Part shown: in pieces, positions 38,568-48,828 of the stretch | Numbering within the stretch: position 1 is the stretch's first letter | Layout of the letters: each line of letters opens with the position of its first letter | Assembly (NCBI GenBank): GCA_001792535.1 | Contig: MGGS01000007.1 | Span: 44-64,043 of the forward strand | Direction of reading: 5' to 3' | Origin: Candidatus Woesebacteria bacterium RIFCSPHIGHO2_02_FULL_42_20 | GTDB lineage: Bacteria; Patescibacteriota; Microgenomatia; UBA8517 | Length of the DNA: 64,000 nucleotides | The notes under the pieces: model-generated | What the model was told of the DNA's origin: nothing | What the model saw: only the letters and a program-made list of their open reading frames with translations | Databases searched by the model: none | Program-made: the position numbers and the translations under genes

Positions 38568-40646
38568 TTAGCACTCGGTTATTTTTTCATTAACCAGTAT
38601 GAACTTTTCAATGTCTTCATTAAACTCCCACCATTTTTCAACACGAGTATCGCTTCCGTGGTCACCGCACTCAAAAAGGTCGTATGCACGTCCTGCAACT
38701 GGATCGAATCTCCCTATCCAATCAGAATACAATCTCACCGAGTCCGTGGAAACATCATATCCGACTACCAAATTTTCATAAAAGCCGCAGCCACCCGAGG
38801 TCGTTGTCAAAATAAATTCATTTGCATTTCCATCACCTGTATAGTCCTTCAAATCAATCAGCTCTTCGACTTTTAATTTATTCTTGGTAGCGTCCCGATA
38901 ATCTTCATAGTCATAGTTGACGTAAACAAGCGCCAGCTTGTCTTCGCTTTCAAAATTGGCCAGATTTGGAACATTTACGTCACTTATAATCTTACCGTCT
39001 TCAACTAACGCGGCATGGTAGTCCCCAATCATCGCCTGGCCAAGAATCTGTGTGGGGCAAGAGATATTTTTGTAATTAGGGTCTCCTAATCTATATTCCT
39101 GTTCTAAATAAACAACTATGTACTTATCTTTGTCAAGTTTTTTAAAGTCGCGCAAAAATGCTCCATGCACCAAACTGTTTTCCAGCACCTCCCTAATTGT
39201 CTGCTCAAAAATATCAGGAGGATCAAACCAAGAAGGCATGTCTCCTTTTAATCGAATAAGTTGATCGCTCGGAAAACTGGAGATTACTAACTCTGCTTTA
39301 TCTTGGAACATAAAAAGCTTTTTATCGGGAGAGATCAAAAAATCAGACGGACCGGACAATTTCGGAGAATATTCCGGCGCAATCTGCATCAAATTTCCCG
39401 TCTCTAGGTTGTATATGCTTGTTGTCCCCTTCGCATCTAAGTAACCATTTACTTGATTAATTAAGATATTGGATTCATCAATCCAAGAAAAATACAAATT
39501 TTGCGCCTGAATGTTTAAGGCTTTTGGTACTAAAATCTCATCGGACAAAACCTCATCCAAGGAAACAACAGCGAGTCCGAATAAATTCTCGGTATCGTAA
39601 AACTCGCCCTCTTTGTAAATAAATGCAATATTTTCACCCGACGGAGACCACTGTGAATCTCTTAAGTAAGCATTGCCAACACCAACTCGGAGCAAGTGCT
39701 CTTTGGATTCATTTGTAGAAACAACCTTTTCTCCCAAGTTGGAAAAACTCTTTATAAAATAGTTTCTGTTTGGCGAATATTTTACTGTCGGGTCAAAATA
39801 TATACTGCTTCTATAAAAATCCGTTTTGGTTGCGCTTTTTCTATTTCCTTCGAGATCGGCGTAAAAATAATCTACCCTATCTGGCATTAAACCGGCCTGT
39901 TCGCCGATCAAAATCGGATTGTTATTCTGATATTTCTCATTAAAATATAGCCCCAAAGAATCCTTTGACCAAAAGACGTCTCCAAAAACCTCGGCAATTA
40001 AAAGTTCGCTTTGATAAGTTTCAAGGTCGATGACGTAAAGTAAGTAATTAAAACCAGCAGTTGTTGCCTTAGCTTCGGGTATAAGCGAAAAACTTGACTT
40101 TCCGCCATATTCGCCCTGAACAAGCGTTGCCAAGTATTTCCCGTCGGGTGACCACAAAAAGGGGTAGACATAACCATCCACTCCAAGGTCATATTCCTTG
40201 CTTGTTGCAAAATCATACAACTTCGGTCTGCCGTCAGCGCCGTTAAAGGCGAGTTTATTCTCAAAATAATTGCCGCTCAGAGAGTTAACGTCTGAATCTT
40301 CTGTTTCCTTTGAATCAGGCCAAAATGAACGAAATGTTGTTAAAGAAACCACCACACCAAACAAAAGACTGGCAACCAAAATCAATTTCATCCATTTAGA
40401 GCTGATTGCCTCCTTACCCGAGGATTTGAAAATCTTTGCAACAACAAACTTGGAAACTAAAAATAAACAGCTAACAAAGGCCGGAAAAAATAAAGGCGGC
40501 AGCAATATACCGCTGTAGATTATTCCTACAAATAAACCTTCTAGGCCTTCTCTGCTCCCAATCCAGAGTTTCAAAACAAGTAAAGCAGCCACAAACGCTC
40601 CGCCGCTTATCCAAAAAACTTTCTTCAAAAGTTGATTTTCGGTCAT
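38568..40646 (-). CDS. Membrane-anchored TolB-like beta-propeller protein
   Basis: Three N-terminal TMs; WSPDGKYLA, WSKDS, YSPNR, WSPSGENIAF, ISPDKK repeats. Confidence 0.75.
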   Translation of the reverse strand: MTENQLLKKVFWISGGAFVAALLVLKLWIGSREGLEGLFVGIIYSGILLPPLFFPAFVSCLFLVSKFVVAKIFKSSGKEAISSKWMKLILVASLLFGVVVSLTTFRSFWPDSKETEDSDVNSLSGNYFENKLAFNGADGRPKLYDFATSKEYDLGVDGYVYPFLWSPDGKYLATLVQGEYGGKSSFSLIPEAKATTAGFNYLLYVIDLETYQSELLIAEVFGDVFWSKDSLGLYFNEKYQNNNPILIGEQAGLMPDRVDYFYADLEGNRKSATKTDFYRSSIYFDPTVKYSPNRNYFIKSFSNLGEKVVSTNESKEHLLRVGVGNAYLRDSQWSPSGENIAFIYKEGEFYDTENLFGLAVVSLDEVLSDEILVPKALNIQAQNLYFSWIDESNILINQVNGYLDAKGTTSIYNLETGNLMQIAPEYSPKLSGPSDFLISPDKKLFMFQDKAELVISSFPSDQLIRLKGDMPSWFDPPDIFEQTIREVLENSLVHGAFLRDFKKLDKDKYIVVYLEQEYRLGDPNYKNISCPTQILGQAMIGDYHAALVEDGKIISDVNVPNLANFESEDKLALVYVNYDYEDYRDATKNKLKVEELIDLKDYTGDGNANEFILTTTSGGCGFYENLVVGYDVSTDSVRLYSDWIGRFDPVAGRAYDLFECGDHGSDTRVEKWWEFNEDIEKFILVNEKITEC

Positions 40647-41803
40647 CAGTAATTTATTGAAGACAAAATCTCTTTAATAATATCAACATCACCTAGGTTT
40701 GGAAAACTGGCGGTAACCATTGGACTATAAGGCTGGCTGTAAAAAGAAGCTGTATAGGTTAGGCCAGAAACTTCAAAACTGAATCTGTACCCACCATTTG
40801 GATGGTCCAAAATGTCTGTTTCGTAAGTCTTCCCTTTGATCTTGACTAAAAACTTACCTGCATTCTCGCATCTCGTATTTGCACAAAGTGCACCTGATGT
40901 TGAAAAAATAAGTCCGTGGCCAATGTAAACATTGGTATAACTATTGTCATCCGAATCATCTCTGACACCAAAACTTTTATTGATTGGTCTATTGCTAACA
41001 AGCGTCAAGTACCCGTCACTTGTGTCGCTTCGCCAAACAGTCCAGCCCCAGGGCACCTGCACAGTAAAGCCTTGGTTTATATCAGTGTAGTAATTTTCGC
41101 CACCCATAATCTTTAATTCACTTCTTGGAACAAAAATTCCACTGTGATATTGAAAGCTATCAATTATCTCGTCAAAAATCGCTTTATCAGCCTCACCACC
41201 ACCCCAACCGTGATATTTTATTTCAAAAGTAAGATCATTTACCTCGAAAATCAAATAACCAAGAAATTCTATTCTTCCCAGCTCTTGAGCCAGTAAGGCA
41301 GTATATTTTTCGGCAGGAATTTTAACATACTTTTCTAAAGAAATATTTTCTTTCTGAAAATCGAAGTTTGTCGGAAGATTTGCCCGAACTTTTGAAATAG
41401 GTGTGTCACTTATGTCTATAGACAAGTCATACCCAAGCTCCACATAATAATGATTGAATCCAAGGTAATCAATAAATTCTTCATGACTAATTTCGTAAGG
41501 ATCTTGGTACTTAATGTAAAAGTTATACCTTTCATCTCTATAAAATCTCCAATTATCTTTAATTGTGTTGTTCAAAACATTTTTGCAAACACTAAGCTCT
41601 TGTTGACAGGAAAAATCACCTGCTTTAGGTGTAGGGGGGAGATTCATTATTTGAGTTTCAGGTAAAGGGGTCGTTGAAAACCTAAAAGGTTTTATTAAAT
41701 ATAAAAGCCCAAAAATTAACAAAATAACCAGGCCAGCTCCAGCAAGCAAGACTTTTCTGTTTACTAATTTATAAAAGAAATTTACGACAGAAATTATATT
41801 CAC
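40646..41803 (-). CDS. Membrane-anchored hypothetical protein (tandem PsbP-like domains)
   Basis: TM; YRDERYNFYIKY...IIDSF and YTDINQGFTVQVPWGW...ILSSI. Confidence 0.65.
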   Translation of the reverse strand: MNIISVVNFFYKLVNRKVLLAGAGLVILLIFGLLYLIKPFRFSTTPLPETQIMNLPPTPKAGDFSCQQELSVCKNVLNNTIKDNWRFYRDERYNFYIKYQDPYEISHEEFIDYLGFNHYYVELGYDLSIDISDTPISKVRANLPTNFDFQKENISLEKYVKIPAEKYTALLAQELGRIEFLGYLIFEVNDLTFEIKYHGWGGGEADKAIFDEIIDSFQYHSGIFVPRSELKIMGGENYYTDINQGFTVQVPWGWTVWRSDTSDGYLTLVSNRPINKSFGVRDDSDDNSYTNVYIGHGLIFSTSGALCANTRCENAGKFLVKIKGKTYETDILDHPNGGYRFSFEVSGLTYTASFYSQPYSPMVTASFPNLGDVDIIKEILSSINY

Positions 41804-41864
41804 CGATAATTAAAGTATACACAAACCCAAATTAGCGTATTTAGAAACACAATTCACCAAAAAG

Positions 41865-42314
41865 TCATTTTCTAGTTTTGTTTTTCTCGTACTTTTCCAA
41901 AAATTTCTCAATGTATTGGGCAAATTGGGCCAAGTCCGGAAGGCGGTTTTGAATATTATCATAAGTAATACCTTTTTTGACATTTAAGTACCCGTGCACC
42001 AACACATTCCTGTAGCCAGTCATACTTATCATCTTATCTGCAAAATCCCCGGGTAAAATATCCTCTTGCGCCAACTCATAAAAAACCTCGCTGTTTTTAT
42101 CAAACTCTCTGCTAAACCCTAGTGACGCAACAATATGATTAGCAATATCCAGACACGCTTGGATTGCTACTTGCAAATTGTGCTCGGCGGAAGAGTTCAA
42201 AACTTCGTCTTTAGTAAGCTCTTCTTCTAATAAAGGCTTAAATCTTTTCTCCAACAACCTAACGCGTTTTCTTATCTCCTTAACCCTACTCACAACTTTA
42301 TATGTATCCAACAC
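41865..42314 (-). CDS. HEPN/DUF86 RNase toxin (HepT-like)
   Basis: RX4HXY motif RNVLVHGY; LQVAIQACLDIANH. Confidence 0.9.
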   Translation of the reverse strand: MLDTYKVVSRVKEIRKRVRLLEKRFKPLLEEELTKDEVLNSSAEHNLQVAIQACLDIANHIVASLGFSREFDKNSEVFYELAQEDILPGDFADKMISMTGYRNVLVHGYLNVKKGITYDNIQNRLPDLAQFAQYIEKFLEKYEKNKTRK

Positions 42315-42735
42315 CCAACTCTCCTTTCCTTGCCATCTCTCTTAAGTATCTAAAATATTCATCTATGGAAGGCTTCATATCAAAAAACTCCCTTAAAATC
42401 TTTTCTTCAAAATCTACCCTGATCTTTGAGTCCAATCCTGATAAAATCTCTCCTTCTGAAATTACTCGGTGGGCAAAGTCAATAGGTGCCTTTTCCAAAT
42501 CCTGAACCTCTACTTCCTTCCCTAATAATTTTGAAAGGTCGTAAGTGTATCTGGTTTGGGGAATATCAAAGCCGCCAAAGGTTTTTCTGTCGGCAACAAG
42601 CGCTGCAAGGTCTATATCAGAGTCGCCTCGCGCAAAACCTTTTACTTGCGAACCATACAAATAAACCGCCGCTATTTCAGGCCTCCTTTCAAAAAATTTA
42701 ACAATCTGGTCTTTTTGTCTTTTGCCTAAATTCAT
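42298..42735 (-). CDS. Minimal nucleotidyltransferase antitoxin (MntA-like)
   Basis: GSX10DXD motif GSQVKGFARGDSDID. Confidence 0.9.
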   Translation of the reverse strand: MNLGKRQKDQIVKFFERRPEIAAVYLYGSQVKGFARGDSDIDLAALVADRKTFGGFDIPQTRYTYDLSKLLGKEVEVQDLEKAPIDFAHRVISEGEILSGLDSKIRVDFEEKILREFFDMKPSIDEYFRYLREMARKGELGVGYI

Positions 42736-42796
42736 GATCTAAGTATACCAAAAACTCTCGTTGCCCCAAAAAATTGCTACAATAAAGGTGTAGCTA

Positions 42797-43195
42797 ATGA
42801 TTAAATATTTTTTCAAAGGCTGGATTAAAACTACTTTAAAATCTATTCTTCTGACGTTCGCACTTCTTATTGTTGTTATAATTTTATTTATGGTCATCCC
42901 TATGCCGCAAGCTATCGAACAAAAACTAGCCAATGCGGAGCTAGGAGCTCTATCTATTTTTGTACCTCCAATCTTAATATCCCTCACTTTATCCTCCATA
43001 ATTATCGGCCTTAAGGAGAAAGATAAAATAGAAATGGCAACAAAAAATAAAATAGGAATTATTGGCATTGGTATCCCAATAGCAGCAATGCTCTCGTCAC
43101 TATTAAGTCTTCCGATCTTCCTTATGCTTCTTCTGGTTATTGTTGAGACTACCGGATTAATACTGGGTTTACTGCTGGGCCGGTTTATAAATTAA
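42797..43195 (+). CDS. Small four-TM membrane protein
   Basis: 132-aa hydrophobic ORF. Confidence 0.6.
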   Translation: MIKYFFKGWIKTTLKSILLTFALLIVVIILFMVIPMPQAIEQKLANAELGALSIFVPPILISLTLSSIIIGLKEKDKIEMATKNKIGIIGIGIPIAAMLSSLLSLPIFLMLLLVIVETTGLILGLLLGRFIN

Positions 43196-43946
43196 GCATC
43201 ATTGACTCGCCGTTTGGTCTTCGGATTTCAATTTCGTTTTCCGAAAGCCAAGTTTTAATAAATGCTTCATTTTCTGAATAAACTCTTACTTTTTCTTTTG
43301 TCTTTGGATTATATCCCCAAATTCCTCCTCTTTTTTCTATCTCGCTATTCGGAATCTCAACAGTGTAAAGATCTGTCGAAACTCCTCTTCTTGACACCTC
43401 CGCAGAGTAATAAACAAGCTCGCAGTCTGGTGACCAGTAAACGTTGTCGACGGCAACGTATGACCAAGTGTTGTTAACATTCGAATAGTTTTCACCATAG
43501 ACCCCCATTGGGACCGGCCCGCACTTTTCAATTCCTTTTTTTAAATCCCAGGAAAAATCCTTATTTTCAGCCGCTTCCTCCTTACATCTTTCCCTGTCCT
43601 CCTGCCAAAAATCTTCCCTTCTGTCAATTTTCTCACACAGTGTCCGGTCTTTTAATTGAACCGCAACATTTATAATGCAACCATTTTTCTTCCATAAAGT
43701 TTGGACCATATCACAAATACCGACATTTTTTTGATAAGTAGCCACGCCAAAATAACAATCATCTTTATCTCCAATGATAAAATTGCAGTCGAAAAGTTGT
43801 CTGCAATCGTTTCTGATCCCTACAACGCCACCAACTTTCTTTATACAGCTACTGTTTGCCGAAAGAACAGTAAACAACAGCGCAATCAATCCCAACAGAA
43901 CCAGACCAACGAACAAGCGTTTCTTGGTAACAACTCCTCCAATCAC
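43185..43946 (-). CDS. Secreted/anchored Cys-repeat protein
   Basis: TM then C...KDDCY...C...KNGCI...C repeats, WSPDC; start uncertain. Confidence 0.6.
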   Translation of the reverse strand: MIGGVVTKKRLFVGLVLLGLIALLFTVLSANSSCIKKVGGVVGIRNDCRQLFDCNFIIGDKDDCYFGVATYQKNVGICDMVQTLWKKNGCIINVAVQLKDRTLCEKIDRREDFWQEDRERCKEEAAENKDFSWDLKKGIEKCGPVPMGVYGENYSNVNNTWSYVAVDNVYWSPDCELVYYSAEVSRRGVSTDLYTVEIPNSEIEKRGGIWGYNPKTKEKVRVYSENEAFIKTWLSENEIEIRRPNGESMMLNL

Positions 43947-43994
43947 TTCACTTTCATTGTTCCACAAACAAAGATTTGCTACAATAAAACCAGC

Positions 43995-44474
43995 ATGGCA
44001 GATACTTGGCCTGGCGCAAGAATGGGAAAGATGCAAAGATACCTAGACACAATAGCCGGTGCGAACCAATTACCAGCACTTCTTCGTCGAGTAGACGAAT
44101 TTGGTCAGCGCGAAGCCGCTGGAAGAAAAGACTCAGATTTTCTTGACCCAACGGAAAGAATGAGAACTCTTTTAAGAGATTTACCTGGCTCAGAGGAACT
44201 CTTGGTAACGATAACAACAACTAAAGGGAGGTTGCCTAATGAGGATTCTGTTGAGGGAGCAAGGGTCCGCTTGGCAATGGCTGCCAACCTTTGCTTTAAA
44301 GATAATAGAAATGCTATTAAAGAAGGTCAGGTAGAACCAATACAACCTGTGGGTAAATTTTTGGAGGCACAAATACTCTCAAGGGATCCTGGCATCAGAG
44401 AAAGGGAGGGTGTGCCAAGGCCAGAGGACATAGTTGAAGCTGAATTTAGCGTTGTTGGCCCTGAAGGGAATTGA
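43995..44474 (+). CDS. Hypothetical protein
   Basis: ATG 43995 with TACAAT 9 nt upstream. Confidence 0.55.
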   Translation: MADTWPGARMGKMQRYLDTIAGANQLPALLRRVDEFGQREAAGRKDSDFLDPTERMRTLLRDLPGSEELLVTITTTKGRLPNEDSVEGARVRLAMAANLCFKDNRNAIKEGQVEPIQPVGKFLEAQILSRDPGIREREGVPRPEDIVEAEFSVVGPEGN

Positions 44475-44497
44475 GACACGTTGTAAAATAAACCCAA

Positions 44498-45034
44498 ATG
44501 GTAGATGAAACTGATACTGGTTTTACAGGAAAAACATTAAAGGCGGAGTACGAAAGTAGAAACCGTGTTCCATTTAGTGTGGATTTGACGGGACAACCGC
44601 TAACAAAAAAGTTAGACAGGGGGTCAATCCTACTTGTACTGGAAAACGCCAGAGGTTTCCATAAATCATCAGAGGCCAATAACAGAATGTTAAACCAACA
44701 TACTTCTGCACAAAAAGACAGGGAAATGACGACTCTTTTTGAAAGAGCATTAGAAGTAGCAAATGGAAAAAGGAAAAACACGGATAGTCTTAGAGAGTCC
44801 ATCCTTGTTTTGGCTAAAGAAGCCGAAACTGAGGCAAATAAAACTTACCAAAAACAACCATTAGATACAGATAACTCAGATACAGAACATGGGGGTACTT
44901 TATCAGACCCAGAGTTGTTAGAAGCCGAAAAAAAGCAGGTCGCTAGAGTGATAAGTTTTGTTAATGAAAATGCTGATCGCTGGGCCAGTGGCGATTTAAA
45001 GGATCCTGAACTTCCAAATCCTCCAACATCTTAG
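44498..45034 (+). CDS. Hypothetical protein (charged, helical)
   Basis: 178-aa ORF. Confidence 0.6.
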   Translation: MVDETDTGFTGKTLKAEYESRNRVPFSVDLTGQPLTKKLDRGSILLVLENARGFHKSSEANNRMLNQHTSAQKDREMTTLFERALEVANGKRKNTDSLRESILVLAKEAETEANKTYQKQPLDTDNSDTEHGGTLSDPELLEAEKKQVARVISFVNENADRWASGDLKDPELPNPPTS

Positions 45035-45095
45035 CTTTTTTCAATTACTCAACAAAAATGACATATAAACATACACTTTTTGGGGGTTGACCTGT

Positions 45096-45104
45096 TGTGG
45101 GTAA
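45096..45104 (-). promoter_or_regulatory. DnaA box upstream of dnaA
   Basis: TTACCCACA, one mismatch to TTATCCACA. Confidence 0.55.
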
Positions 45105-45136
45105 CTTTCTAATATGCCGATTAGAAAGTTACCCCA

Positions 45137-46525
45137 ATGAAACTTGACAACGAGCGTGTTTGGAAAGATGTATTGGAAAGCGTACAAGTAAACGTCTCTC
45201 CGGCAATTTACAAAACTTGGTTCACCCAAACCAAGCTTACCAAACTCGAAAAAGTTGAGGGGGGCGTGATAGCAGCCGAAGTAGGCTGTGCAACAAACTA
45301 TGTAAAAGATTTTATCGAAAACAGATATTTCGGAATAATCCAAGACTCTCTCAAAAAAATAACAGAATCAAGTTGCAGTTTGGTCTTTGCGGTCAAGCAA
45401 TTTCCCTCCATCAGTAGATTGGAGCCAACCGGCGAATCCGCACCCCTTTTTAATCCCCAAGCCGCTTCCGTACAGATAAACCAAATGCTCCAGCGCTCGC
45501 GCATCCGCCCTGGTTTTACCTTTGAAAATTATGCGGTATCCGGCAGCAACCAAATGGCTTATGCAGCCGCAGAAGCTGTATCTAAAAACCCTGGTAACGC
45601 TTATAATCCGCTGTTTATTTATGGAGGTGTTGGGGTGGGAAAGACTCATCTTATGGTAGCTGTAGGACATAAAATATTAAGCGATAATCCTGTCTCTCAT
45701 AAAACACTTTTTGCTACAGGTGAAGAATTTACCAATGATATTGTAGAAGGTATACGTAATAAAACCACTCCCAGTGTCCGTGACAAGTATCGCAAACTGG
45801 GTTGCCTTTTAATCGATGATGTTCAGTTCATTGCAGGAAAGGATACTGTACAAGAAGAGTTTTTTCATACGTTTAATGCGGTTACTTCGGCGGGTGGGCA
45901 GGTCATCTTAACGTCGGACAGGCCACCCTCTGAAATAGCCAGGCTAGAGGAAAGATTAAGAAGCCGCTTTGAAGCAGGACTCATTGTAGACATTGCCAAC
46001 CCCGACTTTGAGCTGCGCTGTGCAATAACTCAAATCAAAGCGAGGGAGCGAGGATTGGACCTAGCAATGGATCTAGTCCAAACTATCGCCGGTAACATTA
46101 TAGCAGCTAGAGAAATACAAGGCTTTATAGTTCGCCTGGCCAGTGAAGTGTCGGTAAACAATGCCGAACTGTCAATCGAGTTAATTGAAAAACTCTTAAA
46201 TAAAAGTACTTTGGATAACGGGAATGTCACCATAAAATATACTCCCGAAGATATGATCTCGGCTGTTTCAAAATACTTTTCCATAGGTAAAAGGGTATTA
46301 CTTGGAACGTCCAGGGCAAGACCTGTCGCCATGCCCAGACAAATATTAATGTATTTACTTCGTCGTGACCTTAAACTTCCTCTTGAGGAAGTAGGAAGGG
46401 TAATTGGCCGTGATCACACAACAGTTATGCACGCTGTTAATAAAATAACAAATCTAGCTTCATCCGATGTGCATATCAGTGAGGATTTGATGGGGATAAA
46501 AAAAACGCTTTCTGGAAAACTCTAA
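45137..46525 (+). CDS. dnaA: Chromosomal replication initiator DnaA
   Basis: YNPLFIYGGVGVGKTHL, LLIDDVQF, QEEFFHTFN, RDHTTVMHA. Confidence 0.98.
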   Translation: MKLDNERVWKDVLESVQVNVSPAIYKTWFTQTKLTKLEKVEGGVIAAEVGCATNYVKDFIENRYFGIIQDSLKKITESSCSLVFAVKQFPSISRLEPTGESAPLFNPQAASVQINQMLQRSRIRPGFTFENYAVSGSNQMAYAAAEAVSKNPGNAYNPLFIYGGVGVGKTHLMVAVGHKILSDNPVSHKTLFATGEEFTNDIVEGIRNKTTPSVRDKYRKLGCLLIDDVQFIAGKDTVQEEFFHTFNAVTSAGGQVILTSDRPPSEIARLEERLRSRFEAGLIVDIANPDFELRCAITQIKARERGLDLAMDLVQTIAGNIIAAREIQGFIVRLASEVSVNNAELSIELIEKLLNKSTLDNGNVTIKYTPEDMISAVSKYFSIGKRVLLGTSRARPVAMPRQILMYLLRRDLKLPLEEVGRVIGRDHTTVMHAVNKITNLASSDVHISEDLMGIKKTLSGKL

Positions 46526-46710
46526 AATGATATCCACTTATCCACAAAAATGGTTAATTTATCAACAATACTATCCACAATTCGGTAAGTTCAGTGTAAA
46601 CAATTCATTTCAAGTTCTCTGGAAATCGGCAATCCACATATCCACACTGCCTACTACTACAACTACTAATTGAAAGAGAAATACTACACTGATAGACTAA
46701 TACACTAGAA
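46526..46710. other. Replication origin oriC
   Basis: DnaA boxes at 46530, 46538 (perfect), 46559, 46571, 46630, 46638; CTA-repeat DnaA-trios 46651-46669; dnaA-dnaN intergenic position. Confidence 0.88.
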
Positions 46711-47817
46711 ATGAAAGTCGAAGTACTTCAAGAGAAACTGTCGAAAGCTCTGAATATATCCTCTCGGTTTATTGCCAATAGGGCACAGTTACCAATTCTT
46801 GCCAATGTGATGCTTGAAGCCACTAAAACAAAACTAACAGTGTTTGCGACCAATCTTGAAATGTCTTCTGTTGTTAGTATTGGAGCTCAAGTAAGTGTGC
46901 CAGGGAAAATTACCGTGCCCAGCCGGATATTATTTGACATTGTGGCGAATTTGTCTTCCGGAAAAGTGTTACTGGAAGCCCAGAGGGAACAATTGAAAAT
47001 GGAAGCAGGAAGTTTCAAAGGTAACGTAATGGGCATAAATGCTCTAGACTTTCCCAATTTACCTACCAGCCTTGGTAAATCAGCCTTTAAAATGCCCCAG
47101 ATTGAACTGATTAAATCGCTTACAAAGACCTTGTTTTGTGTGTCCGGTGACGAAGCCAGGCCGATTCTAACCGGTGTCTTGTTTGTTTTTAGTACAAATG
47201 GGTTGACTCTGGTTGCCACAGACGGTTTTAGATTGACCCTAACAAAGATTCCGGTAAAAACTGCAATAAAGGACATGAAAGTTGTTCTCCCCAAGGGGAT
47301 ATTAATAGAAATAGCCAAACAGCTTAAGTCGGAGCCAATTGGCGTGGAATTTAATCAAGAGAGTAATCAAGCCTTATTTGGCTTTGACGATATGGTGTTG
47401 TCTTCAAGGATAATTGAGGGGGAATTTCCTGACTATGAAAAAATAATTCCGAAAACTTCCAAGGTCACTCTGGCAGTGGACAAACAGGAGCTGTTGCAGA
47501 CGATCAAGCTTTCGAGTATTTTTGCGCGTGAGTCGTCAAATGTGATTAAAATGACAATCAACAAAGAGGGGATAACCATTTCTTCTGAAAGCGAAAAGAC
47601 AGGTACACAGTCATCGCAAGTGGATGCTAAAATTGAAGGCTTGGAAGAAAGTTTGCAGGTGGCTTACAATTTCAGATTTATTGAAGAGTTGCTTAATGTG
47701 ATTGAAGGCGATCTACTTAAAATTGAGCTTACGGACGGATCTTCACCGGGGGTTTTTAAGGACCCCAAAGATCCTGATTTTCTTCACTTGATCATGCCTG
47801 TCAAGGTTCAGGGCTGA
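46711..47817 (+). CDS. dnaN: DNA polymerase III beta clamp
   Basis: ATNLE, RPILTGV, VATDGFRL, IEGEFPDY, LIMPV. Confidence 0.98.
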   Translation: MKVEVLQEKLSKALNISSRFIANRAQLPILANVMLEATKTKLTVFATNLEMSSVVSIGAQVSVPGKITVPSRILFDIVANLSSGKVLLEAQREQLKMEAGSFKGNVMGINALDFPNLPTSLGKSAFKMPQIELIKSLTKTLFCVSGDEARPILTGVLFVFSTNGLTLVATDGFRLTLTKIPVKTAIKDMKVVLPKGILIEIAKQLKSEPIGVEFNQESNQALFGFDDMVLSSRIIEGEFPDYEKIIPKTSKVTLAVDKQELLQTIKLSSIFARESSNVIKMTINKEGITISSESEKTGTQSSQVDAKIEGLEESLQVAYNFRFIEELLNVIEGDLLKIELTDGSSPGVFKDPKDPDFLHLIMPVKVQG

Positions 47818-48812
47818 GAGGAAATTGCCGGAAGATAGAACGAGATGTTTGTTGTCTTACCATAGAGCGAAACTTCACCATTCAAAAGAAGGATAGGGTA
47901 AAGATATTTGGATTTTACGTTATCTATTAAGTAAGCCAATTTTACGTTTGATATTTTTACGTTCTTTAAATCTCCAAGTTTTATTTCAACAAGGCCTTGG
48001 TTCCCATTATCTATACTTACAACTTTAGCTTCGTTTAGGGAGGAAATTATTTCGTCGTATTTTTTAATTTTATATCTGGTATCCGATTTAGATGTCCCCC
48101 CAAGTCTGTAAATGTCAACTCTAAAAACTTCGCCGTCGGGTAGTATCACGACGTTCACTATACTTGATAGTGGATTGTACGTTAATATATCAAATCCGCC
48201 AATTTTATATGTATAATTCACTTGGATTAGTTCAGCTTCAGCCTTTTCTGTTTGAGCCATGTGTTCGCCTTGAGGATCTTCTTTTTTCCAATAAACAAAA
48301 GATGAAAATTCAATCTTACCGCTGTCTAAGAGAGAGTGATTTAGCAAGAATTGTTTTCCTGTTTCAATTAAAGCATTATTGCTCAATTGTTTATTGATTC
48401 TATAAACGTCACTCTGTAGAGAGTATCTTATATGATTTTCTTGGGCATATATTGTAAGAAAATGTTTTTCTGTGCTTCCGAAAAACGTTTGTCCTACTCT
48501 AGTGTCGCTGACTTCCAACAGGTTCGTCTCGAGGTCAAAAGTTGATGCAATTTTTACAGCTTCGTCTTTAGTTATAAGAGGTGGAGTTGAAATTCCCAAG
48601 AGTGCGGCTGTTTGGGGTAAATTTAAAGTCACCTCCTCGATTTGGGTTTCGATTTTAGGGGTGTCTTTGATTAGATCGGGAAGTTCTATTTTGGGTATAA
48701 CAGTTGGTGTAACTGGTACAGGTTGGGTTTTGCGTGTTAACAAAACAATTGTAACGATAAAAGTAGACGCAAGAAGAAGTACAAGTAGGATTTTTTTATA
48801 TCTTTTTATCAT
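47808..48812 (-). CDS. Membrane-anchored hypothetical protein, last gene of T4SS-like cluster
   Basis: N-terminal TM; ends LAY...YLYP...YLPAI. Confidence 0.7.
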   Translation of the reverse strand: MIKRYKKILLVLLLASTFIVTIVLLTRKTQPVPVTPTVIPKIELPDLIKDTPKIETQIEEVTLNLPQTAALLGISTPPLITKDEAVKIASTFDLETNLLEVSDTRVGQTFFGSTEKHFLTIYAQENHIRYSLQSDVYRINKQLSNNALIETGKQFLLNHSLLDSGKIEFSSFVYWKKEDPQGEHMAQTEKAEAELIQVNYTYKIGGFDILTYNPLSSIVNVVILPDGEVFRVDIYRLGGTSKSDTRYKIKKYDEIISSLNEAKVVSIDNGNQGLVEIKLGDLKNVKISNVKLAYLIDNVKSKYLYPILLLNGEVSLYGKTTNISFYLPAISSQP

Positions 48813-48828
48813 ACTTAATCAGTATAAC

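Noticed and set aside
46651-46669. CTA trinucleotide run as a microsatellite
   Set aside because: Its position next to tandem DnaA boxes is better explained as DnaA-trios
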